IMG/VR virus record: IMGVR_UViG_3300028115_000004
Span: 51,860 to 115,859 of that record
Length of the DNA: 64,000 nt
Direction: 5' to 3' (one strand)
Source of the DNA: a virus
A model generated the notes under the pieces. That model worked only from the letters and a program-made list of their open reading frames with translations, had not been told where the DNA came from and did not search any database. This document shows positions 46,314-56,238 of this stretch, piece by piece (the stretch's first letter is position 1; each line of letters begins with the position of its first letter). The position numbers and the translations under genes are program-made.

Positions 46314-47123
46314 ATGAAACAGAAAGTAAGATATGGACTATGTTACCCGTCTGGTTCAGGTGGCATGTTCCTCACAGAACTATTGGACAACACCACCGAA
46401 GAAGAGTCTGGTAATTGGGAAACCAATCCGGGCTGTCGCCGTAGTGTTCGGTTCAATGAGTATGGTGGTTCGGTTCACTGTGTCCAACTGGACAACTCGA
46501 CTGGGCCTCTAGAGACTACTGAACAATCAGTCTTGGTTGCAAAACAAGATATCCACAAATACCTTCAGTGGTACGACTGTCCTATTGTATATCAGATTGA
46601 TGCATCGGATGACGACTCGTTCGACTATACCGCACAACTCATGTTTCTGAAGAAGTGGTGTGGGCCTTGTGGACTGAGACCTGAATTTCAGGATGGTATT
46701 GATAGGAACTTTGATCAACTGCATTTGTATACAGTTCAGGAGGGTGGTATTGAAAGGAACTATCCCGACAAAGTTATATCGTGTAAAAGTATTGATAGAT
46801 ACTCTAAGATTGTGTTAAAATATGTCACTGAGAAACCCCCCGTTTCTTTTTATGGGTTTGTCAAAATATGTTATGACACATGGATTAAGGAGGCTAGGGA
46901 GAATAGACCCGAAGAGTACTGGGATAAATCTCACAAGAGAAATCTCGACTTCAACCCCGATGCAATTGAAGAACATTCGGAACTACTAGTAGTTAACTAT
47001 GCGGACTTGTTTCTGTATGGATTACCCACAGGTTCGCCTTGGGATAAATATCCTTCGGAAATACAAGAATATCGTGTACGCAATGACAAACTAATTTTAA
47101 AGTTTGAGTCCGAGTTCTTATAA
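46314..47123 (+). CDS. Hypothetical protein, possibly divergent sulfotransferase-like
   Basis: N-terminal YPSGSGGMFL; C-terminal VNYADL. Confidence 0.35.
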   Translation: MKQKVRYGLCYPSGSGGMFLTELLDNTTEEESGNWETNPGCRRSVRFNEYGGSVHCVQLDNSTGPLETTEQSVLVAKQDIHKYLQWYDCPIVYQIDASDDDSFDYTAQLMFLKKWCGPCGLRPEFQDGIDRNFDQLHLYTVQEGGIERNYPDKVISCKSIDRYSKIVLKYVTEKPPVSFYGFVKICYDTWIKEARENRPEEYWDKSHKRNLDFNPDAIEEHSELLVVNYADLFLYGLPTGSPWDKYPSEIQEYRVRNDKLILKFESEFL

Positions 47124-47126
47124 ATA
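47119..47126 (+). promoter_or_regulatory. T4-type late promoter
   Basis: TATAAATA 50 nt before the ferritin-like gene. Confidence 0.65.
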
Positions 47127-47175
47127 AGATTGGTGAATATCTATATTAAGAGTGTGAAACTAAAGGAGAACCAAT

Positions 47176-47874
47176 ATGTTAAACCCTAACGAGTTCGTAA
47201 AGAACATTCGTAACGAAAACCAAGCTCTCTTCGAAGCGTCTAGAAAGAACGTCAAGGCATACTTCGAAGGTGAACTTCCCCAAGAAGAAATGGTCGATCA
47301 TTTCATTGGTCGTATGGTCAATGAGAGAATGAACATGACCGAAATCTCTGCACAAATTGCCAACGTGGCAGACGATGCAGACCCCAAAGAACTAGAACTG
47401 TTGTCGAAGCAGGCTGCAGACGAAGCGAAACACTATCGCATGGTCAAGGAAGTAATCGAACACATCACTGGTGGTGAAGTGGACGTTGCAGAAGCACTTC
47501 GCAAGGAACGTGAGATGAACACCGCAAAGGGTGCAACTCTCCTTGAGAAGTACGGTGCAGAGGACGACGAAGCAGTTCTTGCTGCGTATCAGTTGGTTGC
47601 GGAAGGACGTGCGGAAGCAGTCTGGAACCAGATGGCAGATACCATTCAGGACGAATTCATTTCTACTCGCTATCGTGAGATCGCAAGAGATGAAGGTTTC
47701 CACAGTGCAATTGGTGGTTGGAAACTGCGTCAACTTGCGAAGGACGAAGAGACACAATCTCGTGTCCAGCGTGTCGTCGAATCTATGCGTAAAGACCTCT
47801 TTGAAATCTCTTGTGCAAACACCGTGGAAGCGGAAGGATCACGAGACCTCGTAAACGAAGCATACGGCTGGTAA
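47176..47874 (+). CDS. Ferritin-like di-iron protein
   Basis: E...DEAKH and E...DEGFH paired ExxH motifs; helical. Confidence 0.75.
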   Translation: MLNPNEFVKNIRNENQALFEASRKNVKAYFEGELPQEEMVDHFIGRMVNERMNMTEISAQIANVADDADPKELELLSKQAADEAKHYRMVKEVIEHITGGEVDVAEALRKEREMNTAKGATLLEKYGAEDDEAVLAAYQLVAEGRAEAVWNQMADTIQDEFISTRYREIARDEGFHSAIGGWKLRQLAKDEETQSRVQRVVESMRKDLFEISCANTVEAEGSRDLVNEAYGW

Positions 47875-47877
47875 ATT

Positions 47878-48453
47878 ATGAAAATAGGACTCACTCAACG
47901 AGTCCTTCTATATTCTGAGAGATCAGGAATCACGGGTGACTTCTTAGATCACGATTGGTATTCATCACCACTCACTAAGAACCACACGTTGATTCCTGTT
48001 CCGAATAGAAGTGACTTAGATTATGATGAATTGGCAGAAGAATTAGACCTTCTCATCATCACAGGTGGTAAGAACGAAGACATTCGTATCATCACCGAAA
48101 CTGAACTTGCAACATCAATGGTCTCTCTTGGCAAACCCGTATTGGGTATTTGTCATGGCGCCTTTTTGTTGACTTCTATTTTGCGTGGACAGGTTGTAGA
48201 GGCGAAAGAACAACACTGGTTCTCTGAACACAAAGTCTTTGACATGCACAATGAAGAACATATTGTCAACAGTTTCCACACCACCTATATAAAACATAAA
48301 CCTCGTGGTTCGGTAGTACTTGCCAGAGACCCCGAAGGTGATGTAGAATCGTGGATCAAGGATAATATTTGTGCCATGGTATGGCATCCGGAACGTATGA
48401 AGAAACCTTGGGTTCCACCCGAGATTTTGGAGGCAACAGGACTTACGCTATGA
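47878..48453 (+). CDS. Class I glutamine amidotransferase-like (peptidase C26) gamma-glutamyl hydrolase
   Basis: IITGG, VLGICHG, VNSFH, WHPE (Cys-His-Glu triad). Confidence 0.85.
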   Translation: MKIGLTQRVLLYSERSGITGDFLDHDWYSSPLTKNHTLIPVPNRSDLDYDELAEELDLLIITGGKNEDIRIITETELATSMVSLGKPVLGICHGAFLLTSILRGQVVEAKEQHWFSEHKVFDMHNEEHIVNSFHTTYIKHKPRGSVVLARDPEGDVESWIKDNICAMVWHPERMKKPWVPPEILEATGLTL

Positions 48454-49109
48454 TGATTACTGTTAAGGAGGGGGAAACCCACTCCGTCAATGATATCTGG
48501 AACTTTGACATTCATGTATTTGGTAGGGGACTAAACCACCCCAGCTTCAAACCGAAAGGTACTGCATACTATATGCAGACTGATCAGGTTCAGGGTTCTC
48601 TAGCACACAATACATTTGCGGCCGCACAGACTACCGATGATGTTAACTTTAAGGTGATGCCCAACCATAAGGTTTGCGTCATTGATTTTCTTGGTTTGAA
48701 AATGAATGACGAACGCATCTTTAAGGTGAAGAGTGGTTCGCAGGGTAATCTGTCCTATATGGACGGTGGTACTAACACTACCGCAGTAAACCCTGGCCGT
48801 CTTGGTCTACCTGTAATCAACTATGTGCATTTCCCTGCTGGAATGCAACAGACTCTCCATACACACCCGAGTCACCGTGTTGGTCTCATCCTTACGGGTC
48901 ACGGTGAAGTAGAACTGGACAACCATAAAATCTTTCCTCTTGCGCCAGGCGATGTGTTCTTTATGGAGAGAAACACCCTTCACAATTTTATGTGTAATGA
49001 TGGTGAAGACGTTACCCTTTTCGTGTTTGCGCCTGACTCTGGTACAGGCCCAACAGATGAAGTTAACCCATTGAAGGTACGTACCTATGTCGGACAACAG
49101 CGAGTATAA
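48450..49109 (+). CDS. Cupin-domain protein
   Basis: QTLHTHPSHRVGLILTGHG...PGDVFF....LHNF. Confidence 0.75.
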   Translation: MMITVKEGETHSVNDIWNFDIHVFGRGLNHPSFKPKGTAYYMQTDQVQGSLAHNTFAAAQTTDDVNFKVMPNHKVCVIDFLGLKMNDERIFKVKSGSQGNLSYMDGGTNTTAVNPGRLGLPVINYVHFPAGMQQTLHTHPSHRVGLILTGHGEVELDNHKIFPLAPGDVFFMERNTLHNFMCNDGEDVTLFVFAPDSGTGPTDEVNPLKVRTYVGQQRV

Positions 49110-49761
49110 CAGAAACAGACCAATCGGAAAACGCATTCTATTGGTCACAGGCCCACAGGGTTCTGGTAATCACCTATTCAGTAAAATCCTTGGTCTCAGC
49201 GAACATGTCTATGGTTGGGACTTTGGAGAGAAGTATTGGATTCCGAGTGATGAGGAACCCTTCGCAGAATGTTGGGTCAACCCTGAACTGACCGTTCCTA
49301 CCCTAGAGAAGATCAAAGAGACCTACGTTGTCGCAAACGTCAGTGTCCCATTTGTCTTTGACGGAGAGAAAAGAATTCCTGCCATTCAGGAGTTCGTTGA
49401 TGAAGCGAAGAGTGCGGGTCATAGAGTAACTGTTTGTATCGTCTCTCGTGACCGTAACATCAACTGTCTTCAACAGGAAAGGGTAAGGGATGAAATAACC
49501 CTACCCACTGCGATGGCATACTATCGTTGTCTGGACAACTGTGATTTTGCGTTTCTATCCCACGAAACTCTATACCTACATAAATGTATGTACTTAAAGT
49601 CTTTGGGAAATATTCTAGGATTTCCTATTGACTACGACAACCCAAGAGTGTATGATATCCTAGTAGAAGATCAAAATAACAAATATGTAAAATATGTTGA
49701 GGAGCACTGGTTAGATAATGAAGTCTGGAAAGGTCTTAGACCCAAGTCTGAAAGAAAATAG
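49087..49761 (+). CDS. P-loop/sulfotransferase-like protein
   Basis: LLVTGPQGSGNHLF, IVSRD, LSHETL. Confidence 0.45.
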   Translation: MSDNSEYNRNRPIGKRILLVTGPQGSGNHLFSKILGLSEHVYGWDFGEKYWIPSDEEPFAECWVNPELTVPTLEKIKETYVVANVSVPFVFDGEKRIPAIQEFVDEAKSAGHRVTVCIVSRDRNINCLQQERVRDEITLPTAMAYYRCLDNCDFAFLSHETLYLHKCMYLKSLGNILGFPIDYDNPRVYDILVEDQNNKYVKYVEEHWLDNEVWKGLRPKSERK

Positions 49762-50335
49762 GTATATCCTATTCACAGGTGCGCCAGGCTCTCGTTGGTC
49801 TGGTGTCGCCAATATGATCTATCAAAGTTTAGACTTTGACATCTCAGATCAAACCGAAGAAAGAAGTTACCATCACAACTACAGTCAACTCCATTGTGGG
49901 GCTTACTTTGACCCTGGCATGGAGTATGATTTCAAACCAAGCGAATGGGACAAACCTTTCTCCGAAAAGGGAGAGGGGATTCGTCTCATTAAATCACACA
50001 CCCTTTCACGTCAAATCGACAACTTTAAAAAATACCCAATCATCATGGTCTATCGAAACGACTATGAGTGTATTGAGTGGTGGAAGGAAGCTGGTGGTTT
50101 CTCTATAGACTACCCCGACTATTGGTGGTATCAGAACATGGACAACATGTTCGATCATATACAGAAACAAAACTCTGGTATCATGAGGTTCATATATAAC
50201 AACAAGGATAAGGTAACTAAAGTCCGAGACTTATATGAGTTACTAGAACTATTTAATATATCAATTCTTGGAGTTAATAATGACACCTATGCGAAGAAGG
50301 ACGTTGTTGTCTATGTCTATAAACCCACACTATGA
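49718..50335 (+). CDS. P-loop/sulfotransferase-like protein
   Basis: ILFTGAPGSRWS, IKSH, MVYR. Confidence 0.4.
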   Translation: MKSGKVLDPSLKENRYILFTGAPGSRWSGVANMIYQSLDFDISDQTEERSYHHNYSQLHCGAYFDPGMEYDFKPSEWDKPFSEKGEGIRLIKSHTLSRQIDNFKKYPIIMVYRNDYECIEWWKEAGGFSIDYPDYWWYQNMDNMFDHIQKQNSGIMRFIYNNKDKVTKVRDLYELLELFNISILGVNNDTYAKKDVVVYVYKPTL

Positions 50336-50864
50336 TTTCTTGAAGGACTACTTCACTAATACGTGGCCCAGTTCAAGAACTGCGGGTTTGGATCAGTACT
50401 ATTGGACAGGATTTAGGTTAATCGATGAAATCAAAGAAAATGAGCGAGTCTTGGATGTGGGCTGCGGAGTTAATCCTTTTAAGCGGCATATTCACTGCCT
50501 TCACGGTATTGATATCACTGATATTGGAGCTGATGAAGTCTGTGCAATAGAGGACTATGAACTTGCAGAGATTTACGAAAAGAAGTATGATGTTGCGTTC
50601 TGTCTAGGTAGCATTAACTTTGGTGATATCGAACTTGTACGTACACAGGTGTATCGTGTGGCGGATTCACTGAAGGAAACAGGATCACGCATCTATTGGA
50701 GATGCAATCCAGGCCACAGAGATCATGGAAACAATAGGGTGGGTGAGATTCCGTTCTTCAATTGGAGAATACAGGATCACATCATGTTAGCAGAAGAAAC
50801 GGGATTTGAAGTGACTGAGTTTATGCCCGACAGAAATAGGATGTATGTAAAATGGGAACGTTAA
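50313..50864 (+). CDS. Class I SAM-dependent methyltransferase
   Basis: VLDVGCG, GIDI, YDVAFCLGSINF. Confidence 0.8.
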   Translation: MSINPHYDFLKDYFTNTWPSSRTAGLDQYYWTGFRLIDEIKENERVLDVGCGVNPFKRHIHCLHGIDITDIGADEVCAIEDYELAEIYEKKYDVAFCLGSINFGDIELVRTQVYRVADSLKETGSRIYWRCNPGHRDHGNNRVGEIPFFNWRIQDHIMLAEETGFEVTEFMPDRNRMYVKWER

Positions 50865-51487
50865 GAGAATTATTCGACAAGTATGGGTGCGACAAAGGCA
50901 CCAAGAAACACAAGTACGACCGTTGCTACGAGGAATATATGGCAGACCGACGACACGATCAACTCAATATTCTTGAGATCGGTTGTTTTCGGGGTGAGAG
51001 TACTTGGGCGTGGCTCGAATATTTTCCTCATGCCACTATTTACACAATCGATATTTTTGAGAGACACACTCCGGATGATATCGATGTCCTCAAGGAAGAA
51101 CGTGTCAAGTGGTTGAAAGCGGACAGTATGAATGCCTCTCTTCCTATGAAAATGAGAAAGGAGTGGGGTGATGTTGAGTTCGATTTCATCATCGATGATG
51201 GTGCACACTGGCCTCAGGCAAACAGACTGACCTTCGAAAACTGTATGCAGTTTCTAAAGGAAGACGGTGCATACTTCATAGAAGACGTGTGGATGTTGGA
51301 TAGAATGAAGAGTCATCCGTGGGTGGATGCAAGACCTCAACTCTACAGTATGCCCGAACATGTTAGATTCATGAATACGGTTGAACAGTTTGACGTTAAA
51401 CACTATGACTACCGTACTACAACTGTTGCTGGTTCTGGTGCATATCCGGACGGTTACATTCTGAGAGTTAAGTATGGTGTCGAGTAA
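50852..51487 (+). CDS. Class I SAM-dependent sugar O-methyltransferase-like protein
   Basis: DKG..H.Y, ILEIGC..GES, IDI, FDFIIDDGAH, LKEDGAYFIED. Confidence 0.85.
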   Translation: MGTLRELFDKYGCDKGTKKHKYDRCYEEYMADRRHDQLNILEIGCFRGESTWAWLEYFPHATIYTIDIFERHTPDDIDVLKEERVKWLKADSMNASLPMKMRKEWGDVEFDFIIDDGAHWPQANRLTFENCMQFLKEDGAYFIEDVWMLDRMKSHPWVDARPQLYSMPEHVRFMNTVEQFDVKHYDYRTTTVAGSGAYPDGYILRVKYGVE

Positions 51488-52166
51488 GTTGTTCATTCAT
51501 ATCCCTAAGAACGGGGGTATGACCATTCGTCGCAACGCAGAACTGCGTAAGATGATTATTCCTTGTACTCCCAATCACCACAAGAACAGGGAGTACACGA
51601 AAGGTCTGGAAGAAAAGATGAGACAGACTGGCGACGATATGGGTTACGAACACGCACGGTGGAGAGATGTCAAACCAGAGATTCGTGATAACTATCGTGC
51701 CTTTGCGATTGTTCGCAACCCTTGGTCTCGTGTGGTATCCCGATACTTCTTTGCAAAGAAAGTTATTGAGGTGGAGAAAGACTCCAACGTCTACGGTCAG
51801 AAGAACTATGCAGACGTGTCTTCGTTTGAGGCCTTTCTGGAAGAACGTCACAAGTGGGGTGGCGAAGAGTACATGTGGCATCGTGCAGTCCGTGGTTGGT
51901 ATCCGGCATACGATCATGTCTGTGATAAAGATGGTAAGGTAAGATGTGACATCCTTCGATTTGAAAACTACAATGAGGATGTCAAGGATTACTTTGGTGT
52001 ATTGTTCAATCCAGAACCTCGCAATGTGACAAACCTACATAAAGGTACGTATCAAGATATGTACACCGACAAGACGATTCAAATCATTGCTGATTGGTAT
52101 AAGAAGGACATTGATCACTGGGGATTTGATTTCGATACCGGAGCAACGAAGAATTACTGGATATGA
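51474..52166 (+). CDS. Sulfotransferase family 2
   Basis: FIHIPKNGGMTI, VRNPWSRVVS.Y, ILRFEN, YKKDI..WG. Confidence 0.85.
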   Translation: MVSSKLFIHIPKNGGMTIRRNAELRKMIIPCTPNHHKNREYTKGLEEKMRQTGDDMGYEHARWRDVKPEIRDNYRAFAIVRNPWSRVVSRYFFAKKVIEVEKDSNVYGQKNYADVSSFEAFLEERHKWGGEEYMWHRAVRGWYPAYDHVCDKDGKVRCDILRFENYNEDVKDYFGVLFNPEPRNVTNLHKGTYQDMYTDKTIQIIADWYKKDIDHWGFDFDTGATKNYWI

Positions 52167-52167
52167 T

Positions 52168-53112
52168 ATGGACGTTGTTGAAGCGATAGAAATGGCAAAT
52201 AAAGTTGAGAGTCCCGAACCCACACAAGTAGATTTGGAAGGTAACCGTTATATCAAGGCGGTTATCATTTCACTTACTGGTGACGCAGCTGCGACACATG
52301 TTACTAGACGTTTGTTAAATTCAATTGAATATACTTGGTCTCGCATCAATCCTCTTATTCTTGATGCCTCTACACCTAATACTGCACAGAGAGGACTTGA
52401 GTCTATCACCTACTGTGACGTGACGAAAGCGCAATGGTCATGGCCTATCAATGAGTCTGACAATGGACTTGATTTGAGAACAGGACTCTACCGCAAAGCA
52501 TATCGTGCGAATGATATCAAGAAGGTTATTGCATGTATGGTCTCGCACATGCGGGCGTGGCAATATTGCATCGACATAAACGAACCCATGATGGTTTTAG
52601 AACAAGACGCTTTGTTCATTCGTCCTTTTAAGTGGGAAGATGTCTCTACACCCCGACCCCTAATGTTAACAGATCAGTGGTGGGAGAGATGGAAAGATAC
52701 TAAGGAGATGCAAGTACTCAATTGGGATGAAAAAACAAAGTGGGAGAATATGTCTAAGGTTGTTAAAGAACAACCAACAGGTTCTTTCACGGGCGGTATT
52801 CTAGGACTAAATTCTCCTATCGGTGCAACCCGTAAAGCATCGGTATATCACAATGCATTATTTGGTAAGTTTGGGTTCCATAAGGTTCCCTCTGTAGATC
52901 AGATCGGAGACGATCCTCTACCTCAAGGTATCGCAGGAAACTCTGCGTATATCATTAAACCGTGGGCTGCAAAGAAACTCTTGGACAAAGTTGCTGAGAT
53001 TGGTATGTGGCCTAATGACGCACTTATGTGCAAACAGTTCTTCCCTTGGATGCAGACATGCTGGCCATATTACAGTGTGGTTCAGGGAACAACCTCATCG
53101 ACGACAGGTTAA
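52168..53112 (+). CDS. GT25-like glycosyltransferase
   Basis: ACMVSH..W, VLEQDA, SAYIIKP.AAKKLL, PND. Confidence 0.75.
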   Translation: MDVVEAIEMANKVESPEPTQVDLEGNRYIKAVIISLTGDAAATHVTRRLLNSIEYTWSRINPLILDASTPNTAQRGLESITYCDVTKAQWSWPINESDNGLDLRTGLYRKAYRANDIKKVIACMVSHMRAWQYCIDINEPMMVLEQDALFIRPFKWEDVSTPRPLMLTDQWWERWKDTKEMQVLNWDEKTKWENMSKVVKEQPTGSFTGGILGLNSPIGATRKASVYHNALFGKFGFHKVPSVDQIGDDPLPQGIAGNSAYIIKPWAAKKLLDKVAEIGMWPNDALMCKQFFPWMQTCWPYYSVVQGTTSSTTG

Positions 53113-53113
53113 T

Positions 53114-53365
53114 ATGAAAGTATTGAATAACAGTGTTCTATTCACAGAACACAAAATGGATCAGACCACCGAGAGTGGTCTAGTTTTATCAACTAAACCT
53201 TCTGGTTCGAAACCCGCTGTGGTAATTGCGGTTGCAGAAGACGTTCCTTTGAAACCCGAACAGATCGTTTATCTGGACTGGTCAAAAGCACTACCCGTAG
53301 AACTTGACGGACTGCAGTGTGGTGTGGTAGAATATGAACACGTAAAACTCGTGGTAAGTGAATGA
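53114..53365 (+). CDS. GroES-like co-chaperonin
   Basis: KVLNNSVL, TTESGLVL mobile loop, AVVIAV. Confidence 0.7.
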   Translation: MKVLNNSVLFTEHKMDQTTESGLVLSTKPSGSKPAVVIAVAEDVPLKPEQIVYLDWSKALPVELDGLQCGVVEYEHVKLVVSE

Positions 53366-54015
53366 AAAACTATGTAATCACTATCATGGACAATGAAAAG
53401 TCTGTAGAAGCTGCGGAACGTTGTATTCGTTCTGGAGTTAGGAACAACACCTTCATTGAAAAATTCCATGCGGTAACTCCAAATGACGATCCTGAAAAGA
53501 TTGCAGAACGAGAGGGTATCGATCCTCGTGGGTTCGAAGAGGTGTACTCACGTTACCTCAACTGTCTCTCTGCATTCCTATCTCACTATAGTTTGTGGAA
53601 GAAGTGTATCCGATTGAATACACCCATCACCATATTTGAACATGATGCCGTATTACTTGAACCCGTTCCTAACAAACCATTTGTGGGTTGTATGAATATC
53701 GGTGAACCTAGTTATGGTAAGTTCATTACACCCCAACACCTTGGAACAGGCCCACTGACTACTAAGAGGTACTTTCCAGGCGCTCATGCATATCAGGTAA
53801 ATCCACGTGGCGCAGAGTCACTGATTAGACAGGCAAAGGTGTTTGCGAAACCGACAGACGTGTTTTTGTCTATGGACACTTTCTCTTGGTTGCAAGAACA
53901 TTATCCATTCATTGCTAAGGCTGATGATAGTTTTACAACAATTCAGGTAGAACGTGGTTGCCTTGCGAAACACAATTATAATCAAGACTATGAGATTCTA
54001 AATGTTGGAAATTAA
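53362..54015 (+). CDS. GT25-like glycosyltransferase
   Basis: FLSHYSLWKKC, IFEHDA, GAHAYQVNPRGAESL, PTD. Confidence 0.8.
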   Translation: MKNYVITIMDNEKSVEAAERCIRSGVRNNTFIEKFHAVTPNDDPEKIAEREGIDPRGFEEVYSRYLNCLSAFLSHYSLWKKCIRLNTPITIFEHDAVLLEPVPNKPFVGCMNIGEPSYGKFITPQHLGTGPLTTKRYFPGAHAYQVNPRGAESLIRQAKVFAKPTDVFLSMDTFSWLQEHYPFIAKADDSFTTIQVERGCLAKHNYNQDYEILNVGN

Positions 54016-54628
54016 CTCTCCTGAGAAGATTGCTGGTTCTCAAATCATTGATATGAAAGAACACGGTACACTTGGTTTTATTCATAATCCAAGGACGGGT
54101 GGGTCTTCCTTGAATGGTTGGCTTTATGATAACAAAAAACCAGAGTGGGATAGTTATAAGTTTAGACAACACCATGCCCGTGATAAGATGATGTCTTTAC
54201 ATATTAACGGTGAACCGTTTAAGATTGATAAGACGGTATGTATAGTTAGACACCCTTATATGAGATACCTAAGTTTTTGGCGGTACATAAATCGTGACAA
54301 AGCAAGGAAGGATCAAATATCTTTTAGGAAATTTTGGGAAGGGCCCGGCAACATTAATCAAATTCAAGCCTTCAGAAGACCCCAAACTATTTACTGGAAG
54401 GGGTGTGACATTATTCTTCGACATGAAGATTTGGTGAATGAAGTTGCGGTTAAGTTACAACCTATATTCCAGACTACCAATAGATTAGATACCTATAGAT
54501 ATAATTATCAGGGAGTGGACACAAGCTTGGTTGATGCACACGAGTCCATCCCGAAGGAGTTTCTTGCCGAAATACGTGAGATTGATTCTGAAACTTTTAA
54601 TGAATTTGGATACGGAGAATATGATTGA
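54002..54628 (+). CDS. Sulfotransferase family 2
   Basis: FIHNPRTGGSS, VRHPY.RYLS, PQ, LRHEDL. Confidence 0.75.
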   Translation: MLEINSPEKIAGSQIIDMKEHGTLGFIHNPRTGGSSLNGWLYDNKKPEWDSYKFRQHHARDKMMSLHINGEPFKIDKTVCIVRHPYMRYLSFWRYINRDKARKDQISFRKFWEGPGNINQIQAFRRPQTIYWKGCDIILRHEDLVNEVAVKLQPIFQTTNRLDTYRYNYQGVDTSLVDAHESIPKEFLAEIREIDSETFNEFGYGEYD

Positions 54629-55277
54629 TAAGTTATTCATCACTGGATGTGATGTAAACACAGAATGGCAACTCCCTTGGTTTTGGGACAACTTTCGTGA
54701 GACCAACAAGACCCCATTGAAGGTCATCGACTTTGGTATGTCCGATGAGATGCGTCAATGGGTTGACAAGGAGATTGGTGAGTCTATTCTACTACACACT
54801 CAGGCAGACGGATGGTTCAAGAAACCTTCTGCGATGTTACGTGCGTGTGAAGAAGCACACAAAGTCTGTTGGTTGGATACTGACTGTGAAGTTCTAGGAG
54901 ACATCTCCGACATCTTTGACCTGACCGTACCTTTCAAGATTGGTATGGTGGAAGATAGACCGTGGACTCGCAGACGTGGCGATTACGGTACATGGTACAA
55001 CTCTGGTGTTGTGGTTTGGGAAGGTAAACCCAATATCCTCCGTGCATGGGCAGAACAGTGTATTAGTGATCCTTGGCAGGGTGATCAGGAGACATTGTAT
55101 GCAATGATGGGTGGTGATGAGATTATGAAGATGTCAATCATAGAACCATTGCCGCATAAATACAATACACTACGACTAGATTATTTGGACAATACTGCGG
55201 TCAAAGACCCGTTAATTGTTCACCACACTGGTCAAAAAGGTAAAGACGTTATAAGGGAGCAAATGAGTAATGTTTAG
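54621..55277 (+). CDS. GT-A glycosyltransferase-like protein
   Basis: WFKKP, WLDTDC, YNSGVV, GDQE, YN, IVHHTG. Confidence 0.7.
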   Translation: MIDKLFITGCDVNTEWQLPWFWDNFRETNKTPLKVIDFGMSDEMRQWVDKEIGESILLHTQADGWFKKPSAMLRACEEAHKVCWLDTDCEVLGDISDIFDLTVPFKIGMVEDRPWTRRRGDYGTWYNSGVVVWEGKPNILRAWAEQCISDPWQGDQETLYAMMGGDEIMKMSIIEPLPHKYNTLRLDYLDNTAVKDPLIVHHTGQKGKDVIREQMSNV

Positions 55278-55677
55278 TAAAGTACTATTCGGCATTATCG
55301 TTGCGATGGGTGGAGTTGGATACATTTACTTCCAAACGACACAAGGACAGATCGCAGACCTTAATGCCCAACTACAGACGCAGGCAGGTGTAATCACTGC
55401 GTTCGAAACTCGACAGGCGGAACAAGTCCGTACTATCGAAGCATTGCAGAACAATCTGCAGAAGACTACAGAGGCACTCAACACCATGAGTACTCGTAAT
55501 CAGGAGATTGAAGCAGAGGCACAACGTTACCTCGCAATCTTCGCTCGACACAATCTGTCGAAACTGGCGGCCGCAAAGCCTGGTCTAATCGAAACAAGAA
55601 TTAACAAGGGGACAAGTGATGTTTTCAGAACGATTGAGCAAGATACTACTGATATCGACGCTATTGACGATAACTAG
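55270..55677 (+). CDS. i-spanin (Rz-like)
   Basis: N-terminal TM, long coiled coil, AAAKPGLIETRIN; overlaps a downstream lipoprotein gene. Confidence 0.65.
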   Translation: MFSKVLFGIIVAMGGVGYIYFQTTQGQIADLNAQLQTQAGVITAFETRQAEQVRTIEALQNNLQKTTEALNTMSTRNQEIEAEAQRYLAIFARHNLSKLAAAKPGLIETRINKGTSDVFRTIEQDTTDIDAIDDN

Positions 55678-56062
55678 TGGTTGTACTTCTCTAGGTTTCT
55701 CTTGGGGTAAGAAAGAACCGCCTGCTCCCATTCCGGTAGAGATTCGAACCGTCGAAATACAGATTCCGATCACACACCCCACCATGCCCCGTGCGATTCA
55801 GTTGAGAGACCCTCAGTGGTATGTGGTATCAGATCAGAACGTTGACACCTTCCTTGAGGATATCAAGAAGAGACACGAAGGACAGTTGGTCTTCGTTGCA
55901 ATGTCCGTTGGAGACTACGAGTTGATGGCATACAACATGCAGGAAATTCGTCGATACATAAACCAATTAAAAGAAGTTGTGGTGTACTACCGTACTATCA
56001 ACACAAACGATGAGGAAGAAAAAGATGGACAGGAGACAGAGAGCGATCCAAGCGGTTCGTGA
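55619..56062 (+). CDS. o-spanin (Rz1-like) lipoprotein
   Basis: Lipobox TSGC, Pro-rich segment, helical YELMAYNMQEIRRYI..VVVYY. Confidence 0.65.
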   Translation: MFSERLSKILLISTLLTITSGCTSLGFSWGKKEPPAPIPVEIRTVEIQIPITHPTMPRAIQLRDPQWYVVSDQNVDTFLEDIKKRHEGQLVFVAMSVGDYELMAYNMQEIRRYINQLKEVVVYYRTINTNDEEEKDGQETESDPSGS

Positions 56063-56234
56063 TTTTGCCACTGGTAACATTGAGAAACATCGGTACAACG
56101 TAGATGTTTATCTCAACAACCCCGCAGGTATCGGAGAACATCCCGATGTGCTGGGTTCAATTCAAACTGAACTTCACAAGATGGCTGAGTATGACGACAT
56201 CTTAGAAGTTCTTGACAAGTACTTCAAGGAGTAG
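56025..56234 (+). CDS. Conserved small phage protein
   Basis: NVDVYLNNPAGIGEHPD motif. Confidence 0.65.
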   Translation: MDRRQRAIQAVRDFATGNIEKHRYNVDVYLNNPAGIGEHPDVLGSIQTELHKMAEYDDILEVLDKYFKE

Positions 56235-56238
56235 TATA

